A stretch of DNA of 64,000 nucleotides from Marsupella aquatica. Taxonomy: Eukaryota; Plantae; Marchantiophyta. Within the stretch, counting starts at the first letter, position 1; every line of letters begins with the position of its first letter. Where the stretch lies: NCBI GenBank assembly GCA_973895155.1, contig OZ316891.1, positions 15,159,037-15,223,036 on the forward strand. Direction: 5' to 3'. The translations under genes and the position numbers were made by a program. The notes below the pieces were generated by a model. It did not search any database. It was given only the letters and a program-made list of their open reading frames with translations, and was not told the DNA's origin. Positions 38,820 through 50,433 of the stretch are shown one piece after another.

Positions 38820-39307
38820 AACTTTGCAAACAATTCTCTTTGCAAAACATTTTTTGAAGTAGTCGAGAAGGAATTTTTGGACCTCTTGTGAATCAAATTC
38901 CATCGGTCCTTGTGATACAAATTGGTTCTCAAATTTGCGACCAAACTGGATTCAGTACTTTGCGACTCAACGTTCTTCACAATAATTTCCGAAGATAATA
39001 GGTTCACAAAACACCTATGATCGTATTAGTATCGCTAAATTATGAACCAAAATGTATCTAAATACGGTCGCGATGGTCACGGAGTCACAAAGTCGTTGCG
39101 ATACAACTAGTATCTCAAGTTGTTGCGAAGTCAATAACATCCAAAATGAAGTGCGATGTATTTAGCTTTGCAACATGATTTTGCGACAATTAGAGCATGG
39201 GATATTGTGATGCATGTTTCATCACAAAATATCTGAAGGCGCTAACATCGCAAGGCCTTCCCTACGTCGAAAAACACCTTCGCAAAAGGGGCCAATATGT
39301 AGTAGTG
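38820..39307. mobile_element. One end of a CACTA/EnSpm-like element inside the Harbinger
   Basis: Ends tagtagtg (CACTACTA on minus) at 39307, with many ttgcga/tcgcaa subterminal-type repeats on both strands; no matching other end found. Confidence 0.5.
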
Positions 39308-39697
39308 ATCACTTCAAGAAAATGATGGGAATTATACATGTTGGGACTTCAACTGTCCTACATTCGGACTGCCCGTAGTTGCTCAATCTCATATGCATTA
39401 TCTTTTCCATTTAGTTCAATGTAGTAATTGCTGCTATTACTGCCAGCAACTTTTACCAAAATACAATGACATTAAAGACCACAAATTTTGCGCCTTGACC
39501 AGATGCATGTCATTGGCAATAAATGTGCCCAAGAAATCGCACATATGAATTCAATTGATGACTATGTGTTATCGTTTATGACGTTCATCAGAATTGTTGC
39601 TTTGAAGACTATCTTTGAATTCATTGCATGTACTTGGAATTTGTTGTAAACTACACACGACACTGCAAACTTTGTGACACACTGCGTAAATATCACA

Positions 39698-39965
39698 TAG
39701 GCAAAAATTTGACAGAGGCAAAAATTTGATAGAGGCAAAAACTAATTATTGTACAGGCAAAACCTAATTAGACATCAGTGAACGTCAACTCTGCATTTCA
39801 AGCATATCGTGAACTCGTAGGGCAATAACAAACTTTCCGATAAAAGTTTTGACAGAGGCAAAAATGTGACAGAGGCGAAACCTAATTAGACATCAGTGAA
39901 CGTCAACTCTCCATTTCAAGCATATCATGAACTCGTAGAGCAATAACAAACTTTCCAATAAAAGT
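39698..39965. repeat. ~118-bp tandem duplication plus short gacagaggcaaaaa repeats
   Basis: aaacctaattagacatcagtgaacgtcaactct.catttcaagcatatc.tgaactcgtag.gcaataacaaactttcc twice. Confidence 0.85.
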
Positions 39966-40215
39966 GTTGATACCTTCGGCTGGTTCCATTCATGGAATCA
40001 AAATGTGACATGATCAAAATGTATTGGATTGGAGATGCTTTCATGCATTGCAATCTCCAATGAATTACAGTTTAAAACTAGAACTTGGATGCTTCCAAAG
40101 GCCCTTCTAATACATATAGCTACGTAAGCTGGCCTATTGTCTGAATCAGGCAGTTGACAGGCCACTGTTTGGTCCATGACCACTTTGCTCTGCACTTCCT
40201 CCTTCCTGTCCACGT

Positions 40216-40581
40216 TCAATGGAAGACACCCTCACCCAATGTGGACTCCCCAGTAACCGACACTGTTGTCACCGTGCTTGAAGCCTCCATGTCAAAATCA
40301 TCAACGCTGATGACTGGTAGATCAGGAATAGGGATCTCCCAGTAAGGGTGTGCTTCCTCTCTCCCAAAAAGAACCGCCTTTGAATAGAGTAGGGCTCGCG
40401 TGGCCTTGACTTCAAGGACTTGTACACCGCGGAAGGTAGCATCAAAATTGTGCACTGCGCCATGTAGACTTTGGAAGGCAAGCCGAGGTGCTTCGGGCCA
40501 TGATGGAAAGCCACGTATAGCAATCCACATGGTAGCATCAGTTTTTCCCCTTCCTACAAGCCAAAGCCGAGTGCTCTCCAT
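40216..40581 (-). CDS. Unassigned 121-aa ORF inside the Harbinger, weak PWWP-like motif
   Basis: ATG in good context (aaaaATGG); WIAIRGFPSWP and later AVLFG..YWEIP. Motif resemblance only. Confidence 0.3.
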   Translation of the reverse strand: MESTRLWLVGRGKTDATMWIAIRGFPSWPEAPRLAFQSLHGAVHNFDATFRGVQVLEVKATRALLYSKAVLFGREEAHPYWEIPIPDLPVISVDDFDMEASSTVTTVSVTGESTLGEGVFH

Positions 40582-40894
40582 TTTTGTTGCTTCTCACTAA
40601 CAAAACGCGGCTTCTTTGTTGTTGTGTTTGCCGAATGAGACGTCGACTTCGAAGCTTGCAGCTTTTGGTCCAATGAAAACTGAGGCTAAAGGACTTGAAA
40701 ATGCTGCTCACGTGAATATGCGCAAAACACTTCACATGAAAACGCTGACGATCATCCACAATACATAATGGTCCAGACGTACTTTTAATGGTCTATTTCT
40801 CCAAAACGAACTGTGATTTAATATGGCCACATGCCAAAACCTGCCAAGTGTGTAGAGTTACTCCCCCACGCTGCATAGAAATCTACCAGGGGCC

Positions 40895-42384
40895 CTAAAT
40901 TGCAGGGCAAAATCCATGATCGACTTGCACTAGCAAGGCATTTCCTGCTTGTGATGTTGCTCGCCTTGATGCCCTGGGACGTCCATCACAGTCGGATGGG
41001 TTTGCGCCATCCCCCTCAGCCTGCTCATGAACCTGGTCATCTTCCGTCCACTCATCATTTTGACTAATGACATAATTGTGCAGTTTGCAACAAAGGGTAA
41101 TCCATCTCACCATCCAAACTGAATCCTTTTTTTGATTGAGTTGCACTCTGATCTCTTTCAGGGAATGCCGCCGTGACTTCAGAACTCCAATACAATGTTC
41201 ATTTGTAACTCGACATTTCGCCACACAAGTGTTGAAGTCGTCTCCGTTGTTTGATATATCAGCCCGTTTGAAGGAATAGACTAAATGGGGACATGCCTGG
41301 TATCCAGAGTCGCCCAATAAATATTGCCCTTCCTGGAACAATATGTTTGGACCCACCTGGTTGCAGTAGTCCCACAAGGGGGACCTCCTGATCAAGGCTT
41401 GTCAAGTCACCACATGATCCTGGCATTCCTGAATTATTCCAACCTTGAAGTTCAGTGACTGTAAGAAAGTGAAAGAGATAATTACAAGAGAAATAAAGAA
41501 ACAAAGGTAATTATGCAAAAAGGCATAAAAGTACTTGTGAACATGAAAGTAATTTTTTGGTTGTGGTCGCACACAACTTGTGTGTTAATGGAGTACCGAC
41601 TCTTCCAATCATAGTAGCATTCTCCATGGTCCTCTGGGCATTGTGTGAGTGGCATGAGGGACCCATCAATGAGCCCTACACATCCTGGAAAGCCATGTGC
41701 TGCAAATGCTGCTGAAATGGCCATTCTTTCAGTAGGTTCTGGCCAGGCAATTTGGTCACACAGCACAGCCTCTAAAGCCACAAAACACCGCTTGCTGAAG
41801 TTCACCAGGCTGCCACAACTAACTCCCCAAGTTGGAATCAAGTGGTTTATACAGGCCCCATTACCATCATGGCCAAGTCTGTCAAGACAGACAGCTAGCT
41901 GTGTAATGATGGGGGCCTATGCATAGTTAGAATGATTTTCATAAATGGGATGAGATTCAATTTTGTCAACCAGGCAAAAGAATGTGCGCTTATCCATTCT
42001 AGTGAGTTGTCTGAAAAGTGTGGCAAGCAAGTTGTCGAAGTATTGGGTTACAAAATCGGCTGACTTACTATTGACTTGTCTTGGCACAAAGAACCTGGTG
42101 TTATAAAGCACAAAATACAATTCAAACATAGAAGTAGGAGTTTCCCCTTGGAACTCATGGGGATCATCTGAGATTTCTGACTCTGAACTAGAGTCCATAG
42201 GTAAGTCAGTGTCTGATTCTGATAAAAGGGAGGCATTGCCCTGATCCACCGCTGAGAGGTAGCCCACTGAAAGGTCAAGCGAGTCTGCATCAGATGAAGA
42301 GTTTGAGGACTCCATAGCAATGTTTAGCTGAAGTTGATGCCTGAGTGCCCTCAACTGATTTTGGCGCTCTGAAACACAAGGCAT
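40895..42384 (-). pseudogene. Harbinger (HARBI1-like) DDE transposase, disrupted
   Basis: MPCVSERQ start; FRQLTRMDKRTFFCLV; QLAVCLDRLGHDGNG; GFPGCVGLIDGS; YYDWKSRYSINTQVVCD; GMPGSCGD; YLLGDSGY; RVTNEHCIGVLKSR. In-frame TAG at ~41917, intron ~41430-41534, frameshift ~41395. Confidence 0.9.
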
Positions 42385-43902
42385 AGTAAAGAATGTAGAG
42401 TTCTGGAAAAGGTGCAACAGGAAAATGGAGCACATTGTTCAGAGTCTCACTGGTACACATCAATTGCACAATACCAATAAACTGAATGGCAGAGAGTATA
42501 CACAACATGAATTGACCAATGGAAGCTTTATATTCAAAAACTGTAAATACATAAGAGCAAATGATTGGGACTCTAGTTGGAAAGGTCAGTGTCCTTAAGA
42601 GCCTCTATCAAATCAGCTAGGATTTTTTTGGCACTCTTTGGCTTTGTAGGAGTGCCTTCCCACTGTGGGATTTTTTGGGTGTACCCTGGTTTGGCAAAAT
42701 TGGTACGCTTGTACCTACATGGACCCCAGGACTGCTTGTACATGCATCGTGCAAAAATGCCAGACGCTGGATGTGCAACTCCATGTCTTTCACCTCAAGC
42801 CACACTTGCATTTTAGGACATTTTTGCAAAACTTTCTGGACTATGAGTAGTTGCTGGACTTCATCTAAAAGGCTGAATTCCCTTGGTTGTACATTCAAGA
42901 GCACAGTTGCCTGATCCCAGATCAGGGCTTTGAGCGGAGGGGTGCCACTGTTGACAACATCAAAGAGAATTAGTTGAAATTGGTATTTTGGCTCCCCAGG
43001 GGCAGAATGCCCACATTTTCAACCAAACTCAAGGGATCTCTTACAGGCTTTGCCAGCTTCAATGGGCTGAGAACATCCTGAATATGTGAACTTCCTTGGA
43101 AAAGGATTTCTTGCGCAATAATTCCCTGCCCCAGACTAGCGAAGGAGGAAAGGACTCGCTTTTGCCTGCAAGTCTTGCGTCCTCCACCACTGAAAGGCAA
43201 GTCCAGTCCCCCATGGCCTGGAATGCCACCATGACACAGAAATTTCAAGCCCATAGCTATCTAAAAGGCAGAATCGCATAACGACATTTCCTATTGCAAG
43301 GTCTCATTCAGAGACTTCCTTACAAATTTGAGTAGTCGGCCGATGAAGAGTGTTTCAAGCTGGTGCACAATCGATCAGTCATCGTTGAAGCTCCACCGAC
43401 GCAACTCCCTGCTCGCGATGGAACTCCCTGCTTGCGATGCAACTCTTTACTTACCAAGCTGACCTCGTGCTGCGCCCAAATGTACTCGCGCCCAATGTTC
43501 TTCACAATTTTGATGCTCTGTGTTGGGTGGGTCCGCCGCGCTAAACCCCTAACCTGAAACTTCTAAACCCTTTACCTTGGTTATGCGCGGTTGAGCACAA
43601 TCGGGCCCTCTTTCTTGGTCACAAAACCTGGGTGTGACTGGTCGGGCGTTGCATTAGGCACCCGACCAGTCATGACCGTAGCCCCGACCGGTTACAATCC
43701 CGGGAGTGGTCATTCCCATAAAAAGTGCATATTTGAGACGCCCTAGTATAGTAGAACAATTTTTCCGGTGGTAGCGATGACAGGGAGCCAACCCTTCTCA
43801 AAAGTGAAAGACAATAATTGTCTTTTCACTGTACATCCGTTTAGGAGCCCTCTTAGTGTTGGTGCACCTTTGATAACAAACACACTTAGTAATATAGCCT
43901 CA

Positions 43903-45130
43903 CTAGCTCAATACCCGTGCGTTGCACAAAAGATGTCGTCACGGCCAAGATGTCATTGAGAACAAAAGTGATCATGTCGGCCAAGAGGTTGTTGAGAAGA
44001 AAGATGTCGTGTTGCCCAAGATGTTGTTGAGAACAAAAGATGTCATGTCGGTAAAAATGTTGGTGATAACAAAAGATGTCATGTCGGCCAAGAGGTCGTT
44101 CAGAACAAAAGATGTCGTGTCGACCAAGATGTCATGTCGGCCATGAATTGGTTGAGAAAAAAGATGTCGTGTCGACCAAGAGATTGTTGAGAAAAATGTT
44201 GTATTGGCCAAGAGGTCGTTGAGAAAATCGATGTCGTGTCGGCCAAGATCTCATTGATAAAAAAGACGTCGTATCGGCCAAGAAGTCATTGAGACAAAGG
44301 ATGTCGTGTTGGCAAAAAGGTCGTTGAGAAAAAATATGTCATGTTGGCCAAGACGTTGTTGAGAGAAAAGATGTTGTGTCGGGCAAGACGTCGTTGAGGA
44401 AAAATACCCGTGCATTGCACAAAAGATTTTGTGTCGCCCAAAATGTAAAAGATGTCATTATGTGAAAGATGACGTTAAGAAAAAGTTGTAATTTTGCCAA
44501 ACTAAGTTATTGTGAAGTAAATGATGTTATAAGTAAAAAGGTGTTGTTTCACCCAATACGTCCTTAATATGTGAAAGATAGCTCAATACCCGTGCGTTGC
44601 ACAAAAGATGTTGTTAAGAAAAAATATGTTGTTTCGCCAAAGATGTTGTCAACAAAAAAAGTGTCATGTTGCCAAAGATTTTGTTAAGAAAAAATATGTT
44701 GTGTTGCCAAAGATTTTGTTAAGAAAAAAGATGTCATGTTGCCAAAGACGTCGTTAAGAAAAAAGATGTCATGTTGCCAAAGATGTCGTTAATATGTGAA
44801 AGATGTTGTGAAGTAAGAAGATGTCATTAAGAACTATGATGTCGTGTTGCCAAAGGTGTCGTGAAGAAAAACTGTTCTTATGTGAAAAATGTAGTGAAGT
44901 AAAAAGATGTTGATGCGCCAAAGATGTCTTTATGTCTAAGATGTCGTCAGGTAAAAGATGATGTTTCACCAAAGATGTTATTAAGTATTTTTTGTTAAGT
45001 ACAAAATGGTTGATAAGTAAAGGATGTCGTTAGACAAAGATGTAAGTTGTGAAGTAAAAGATGTTCTTAAGTACAATTGAAAATATTGCTAGTAAACCAT
45101 GTTAAGTTAAGTAAAAAAGTTGTTAAGTTG
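43903..45130 (-). mobile_element. Helitron 3' portion made of a ~20/42-bp minisatellite, with three stacked 3' ends
   Basis: Minus strand reads gtgcaacgcacgggtattgagCTAG|T ending at 43903; same motif repeated at ~44403-44421 and ~44580-44602; array unit aaaagatgtcgtgtcggccaagaggtcgttgag. 5' end not identified. Confidence 0.72.
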
Positions 45131-45639
45131 TTGCCACTTTTTTGCCACCCCTTGCATCTTGAAGCCCCATTGATAACCCCAAAGTTTTTGTTACGTTATC
45201 AAGTTTTTTGCTGAAAGTTACCATCATTGGCCGCTTACTTAAAACTTCTTACTTAAAGTCGCCGCAATAGCTTAATTGGTGTTGTCTGCCCCGATGTCAA
45301 GACCCCCTAGGGTAACGGCGCTGCTTGGCTGACTTTTCAATGGCCCTTTCCTTGCACTTGCATATATCTTGGAACCTCATCAGTAACCCCAATTTTTTGG
45401 TTACTTTAAGCTTAGTTTGATTAAAGTTGACTATGGCCGCTTTCTTGGCTTTGGCCGCCCCACGCCAATTCCCCTTGAGGCAACGACACGACTCAGCCCA
45501 CTTTTCAACAAAACAATTTGCCTACCCCTTGCATGGAACCCCTTTGGTAACCTCATCCAAGTTTACTCGGCTCCTTAGTCGCCAATACCATGCCCCCTTG
45601 GGATAGTGGTGTGGTTTGCAACACTTTCCAATATTGGAG

Positions 45640-45695
45640 GACCTGCCACCCCCAGACCAGCTTTGGTCCAGATATTTTGGCCCCCACCCCATGCC
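45640..45695 (-). repeat. Short decayed fragment of the AGT...ACT LTR family
   Basis: Minus strand gggggccaaaatatctggaccaaagctggtctgggggtggcaggtcc matches 22544-22590 and 24294-24340. Confidence 0.55.
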
Positions 45696-48672
45696 TCTTC
45701 CTGTGGTAAACAAAGTGTCAAGACATAACAATAACTGAGGGGTTGTTGGGGAGTTGGAACCCGGGGCAAGATTGAGTTAGGGTTGGAGATGGGACTTTGG
45801 GGTCCCGGGTTTAAAACATTAATTTTTTGTTTTTAGCCAATGTGGCAAATGTCAGCCTCTCAAAGGTAGGAGATGCTAGGAGTATTCTTCCACAATTTTT
45901 CTTGAATTATATCCTATTTGTCAGATATCCCTAGATTTACATATAATCGTTAGATTTTGGCAAATGAGGTCCATGATTTGGTGGGAGAGTGGCCAATGGT
46001 ATGCAAAAAATCTAGCAAATTTTTGGCAAAAGTGGCGGAAAAAGTGGTGAACACATTTTGGGGAGGTAGAATTTGGCAAAAGCTTGCACCAAAAAATACA
46101 TTTACTGGATAGAGGCTAGGGCCAGGGTAGTGTCAGGAGTTATCATCGCTTCCTCTTCACTCTCCCTCTTCTGGCCATTCAGTAATTGTTGTTGCTTAAA
46201 AGTTCTCATTAAATGCCAGGAGCCCTTATGAGCTCACATAGGCTTGGAATAGAGAACTTTAAACTCCAAAGGGAAAGAAAACTCTGCTGGTACAACTGTA
46301 CCTCTCTAGAGTACCTCTATCCCTTTTGTACCTTGTACCTGGGCTCCCAAGAGTAATGAGCTCATATTCTGTACCTGAAAGTATAATAGTACCTATCTTG
46401 TGCATCTTTGTGTACCTGGTTTGGGCAGGGCCTGTACCAGGTTTTTTCACCTTTTTTTTTCCCTTATTGGTTCCATATTTAAAGGTTTCAATTATTATCA
46501 CCCAAAAGGACACTCCAAATTTGAATAACGACCACGCCATTTTTTGGCGCAACTGTGTATTATAGTTTAGGATTGGGGGGCGACCAGCATCTTTTTTTTC
46601 CTGATTCCAGTTCTCAGCCCTTTGGTGATGATTTCATTAGCCAGCTTCACCCACTCATGATTACCTCGGTGATGATCTTGGAAATGTGTTGCATTTTCAG
46701 CGCTTGGGCCTGTTCAGCAAAGGGGAGAATTCTGAGCACCCTCATTCCTTTGGGCATAGTGATGTCCTCTCTTTGTTTTGTTCATGTTTGTTTTCCATGA
46801 ATCCTCCCCAAAATTAAGCTGATTTTTAATCTTCTCCTTGTGAGCCAAAGTGCAAACAAATTCAAATGGCTTGGAATGAAAGCATGAGTTTTTTTGTTTT
46901 TATAAATATAGCTGGAGAGGAGTAAACACTACAATATCAAATCCTGCATTTCTGCCCTCATTGGCTGCTTATCAAATGCACTTTTGGAGTGAATTCATTA
47001 TGATTTTCACATATTTACATAAATTTTACTAACCATGAGATCTGGTCAAAAGGAAGAATACAAGGGAAATCCTAGCTTGGGGCATAGATTCACCTGCAGT
47101 TGCACCTAGACCCATGCACTGAGATCCATAAAAAGACTACAATGTCAACGTCCTTTGAATGAGTGTGGAGTTCACTTGTGCCTATGAGGGGTAGGTGGGT
47201 CTGAAAAGAAAATCTAAGTAGGCCCCACATCACATTTAAAACTTTTTTAACATAATTATAGTTGCCCCCTTTACATAAAGGAAAATGATATAGAGAACAC
47301 TACATATTACAGTTTTGAGTTGAAAAGAGATTATTTATGGAAGTGAGCAAGAATTTACAAGTCTACTAGTAAGAGGAGATTGTTGTTTCCATTGTTTTCT
47401 CTTGAAGTGTTTTTTCTCAGTTACATTAACCTTAAATCGTAAATTCTTTTGGCAGCAACAGCATTGACCAACTACACAATGGCGGCAAGAATAAAATGGC
47501 CACAACAATTAAAAAACTGTAATGAAAAGATGATCCCAATGATGAAGTTGCCGCAATAATGAAATGGTCATAACAACAATTGTGCGATGCACTGGCGACG
47601 GGCTTGTGATCTCTATAAAATGACTACTATAAACAAATGAAAGGGCATGGGTGGAAACCTTCACGAAATGACAAAAGGGAAGAGTGCAATGATATAACTT
47701 TAATTTGGTCCTTGGAAACATTCAGTAAATGACAAAAGAGAAAAAAAACGATTAAACAACTTTAATTTGCCATTCTTAAGTCTCATGCAAAGCTAAGAAT
47801 ATCAGTACGTGACAAAAGAGAAAACAATGACACCCTATCCTACATTCAAATAAAAATAAAGATTCTATCCTTTGTGCAAAGAGATATCTTACGTAATTTA
47901 TTTAATGCTCAACTTTTCATCAATGAAGTGAAGTAGTGCAATTCAATTCAGATACTTTATTGCTCTTATAAAACCCTTTGAAACAATCCCCAAAAAGCTT
48001 ACAAACCAGAGAACCCACCAAATAATGTTCTCTTGCATCAAACCTATTGGTAAACCTCCTTAAACCTGGACTAGTCATGCTTAATTTTGAAAATAAGATG
48101 CTCAAAAGGACTCAACAAATGAAGCTTGAGTGTACTCTATTTGTTGACAACACATTCAACTTTCCATCGGTTATCCTAGGCAAGCCAGGGCCCTCCATGA
48201 TTGTAATTTATTTGTCCTTGTCACACTTTGCTTTACCTCCTGTGAGGGTACTCTGTGTGAACTGCGGGGGTAAGTGTAATTTTGAAGTTTCACTCAAAAT
48301 ACGAAATGTGCACAAAGGCAACACCCCCACCCCCCCCACACACACAATAAAAATAGAAAAATATATGATGAGTGAAGTTTGTAAAAGAATAAAAAGGCTT
48401 TTAGGCAACAAATTTTTAAGTTTTGCTTGCTCGCTTCAATTGTGAGTTAGTTCACATGACAGTCCTCTATGTTCCATTCCACTCGCATTGTGGTGGTGAC
48501 AACTAGTTGTAAATTCAATGAAATGGGTACAAAGTACAAATGGTTTTGAAATAGATACACCCCATGTGTGTTGATTGTAGTGCTATTTCAATTCACTCAA
48601 ATACTCTAAAATTCCTTTAAAAATGAAACTCAATTTCCAGGTGTTACTTGTGAAACGATTTGGCTCGATAGA

Positions 48673-50281
48673 AGTCGCGAACACAACTTTCACCTACTCG
48701 TAATTGCTCCGGCGTTGCCTAACTCTAGCGTTGAGCCCCTCTTAGATTTGCTACCATCATGGTCAGTAGGGATGCGACTAACAAAGAGGAGGCTAATAAG
48801 AGCAAGGACAAGACTTGAGAAAAACGCGCTCCAATTTAACTCTATTGGGCCCGTTGCCGATCAAGGAAAAATAAACTATTTTTCCAACGGATTACCATAG
48901 AGGACCGAGAAGCCCCACATGAGCCCAATCATGGGGCTGAATATTTCTCGGCCAACGGACCTAGGGGCCAAAAGTTATGGCCAATTCAAGTTGCATACTT
49001 GTAGTTTGGGCCCGTTGCCGATCACGAAAAAATGAACTATTTTTCCGATGGATCACCATAGGGGCCCGAGAAGCCCCACATGAGCCCAATCATGGGGCCG
49101 CATATTTTTCGGCCAACGAACATAGGGGCCAAAAGTTATGGCCGATTTAGACTCGATTAAAGTCGCCGCGCATCGATGGACCAAGAGGGGGTTGCCTGGA
49201 CCAGAGCGGGTTTAGGGCTGCAACTTTTAGCCCCCTATGCCACAATTTGTGCTTGAGGCCAAGTTACAGAAGATTTTTGATTATCTTTGTTTCGAGCTAA
49301 GTGGCAGGGCCCACGAACCCTCGGGTAGGGGGCCAAAGATAGGGGACCAAATCTGGTCCGGGGGTGGCAGGTCCCCAGAAGCATATATGAGGGAGTGGTC
49401 CTCTCAAGTTTGAGCTCGAGCTGATCGCGATCGACGAAGATACGTCGTTTCGAGTTTTGAATTGGAAACAAACATAACTCGACGACTAGGTCTCCGTTGG
49501 GGGAGTTCTTGGGCTCGTTGGAAAGCTAATGAAGAAAGCTACCTCATGGTGCTCTCTGATTGTGCATTGGATGGTTTTGGTTTTGAGGCTTGCAATGGGG
49601 GGAGTCCCTCTTGTCGATCCGAAGTCGAACAGTGACCAAACCGCATTTGGTTCCCACGGGACCTGATGTTGGAGAGGTAGAACCAAGTAGACTTTGGAGG
49701 CTGCCGTTGAGATCTGGTCCCGATGCATGGTGAGAGGATGAGCGGAACCCGGTTTCGCCGAGAGGTGGCTAAGATCTAGAAACTGAATGGTCCCGACGTG
49801 TTACTACTAGTTTGTGACAAACTTAGATTGGGCCATGGGCATGTCCTGGAGGCAGGGCGGTCAGCCATTGACGGGTAGAAAGTGGGGAAGCTTGGGCGAT
49901 ATCCGGTAGATAGACTGTTCTGGACGAACAGTGATGTCGACCTTAGTTTCAGCTTATGGCAAGGCCATGCGGGCCTGGGAGGCTCTATCCGCTAACCTAC
50001 TTACTAATGATTGTTGGGCTTGATGCAGGACAATGGTCTTGGGAGTTCCAAAATCAAGACGGGTTCTTACCGGTTGGTTGGTTGCTTGTGCAGATAGTAA
50101 AGATCGTTGAACGACGGTTGTGCTGACAAGGGCAAGTGCGGCTTCATATGGGAGGGGTCGCTAACGACAAGGATTATAGTCGGAGAGAACTTGCCCCAAT
50201 ATTCCGTGTTAGTGCAAGGTTTGACTTGTTTGAAGGCTGAGGGACGAGTTTGGACAGGCACGTGGTGGGAGGGCCACCACT
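48673..50281 (+). repeat. Gypsy 5' LTR, 1609 bp, with internal ~160-bp duplication (~48845-49150)
   Basis: agtcgcgaacacaac...gggccaccact; colinear with 55353-56961. Confidence 0.93.
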
Positions 50282-50283
50282 TG

Positions 50284-50295
50284 TGGTATCAGAGC
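50284..50295 (+). promoter_or_regulatory. Gypsy primer-binding site (initiator tRNA-Met)
   Basis: TGGTATCAGAGC two nt (tg) after the LTR end. Confidence 0.92.
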
Positions 50296-50433
50296 ATACG
50301 CTTTCATAGACGCCAGGGCCAAACGTCAAGTTAAGTCAGAATCCAAAAGAAAATAAGCATTGTTTTTTGCGGGGTCTTATCTTAACGGCTTGGGCTTGGT
50401 GGTGCGACTGAAAGTATTTGCAATCAATCTTGG

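Larger units (their letters stand above)
37572..43744 (-). mobile_element. PIF/Harbinger DNA transposon, 6.2 kb
   Basis: Perfect 17-bp TIR AGGGCGTCTCAAATATG / CATATTTGAGACGCCCT, flanked by AGT on both sides (or TAGTA if the TIR starts at GGG); contains a Harbinger DDE transposase. Confidence 0.92.

Noticed and set aside
43920-45130. Regular repeats here and at 9678-9752 and 25257-25930 as a CRISPR-like array
   Set aside because: Units are contiguous and degenerate with no unique spacers, no cas genes, eukaryotic context.
45758-45811. aacccggg...cccgggtt mini inverted repeat as another CYCGG MITE
   Set aside because: No 8-bp TSD and no extended TIR match.
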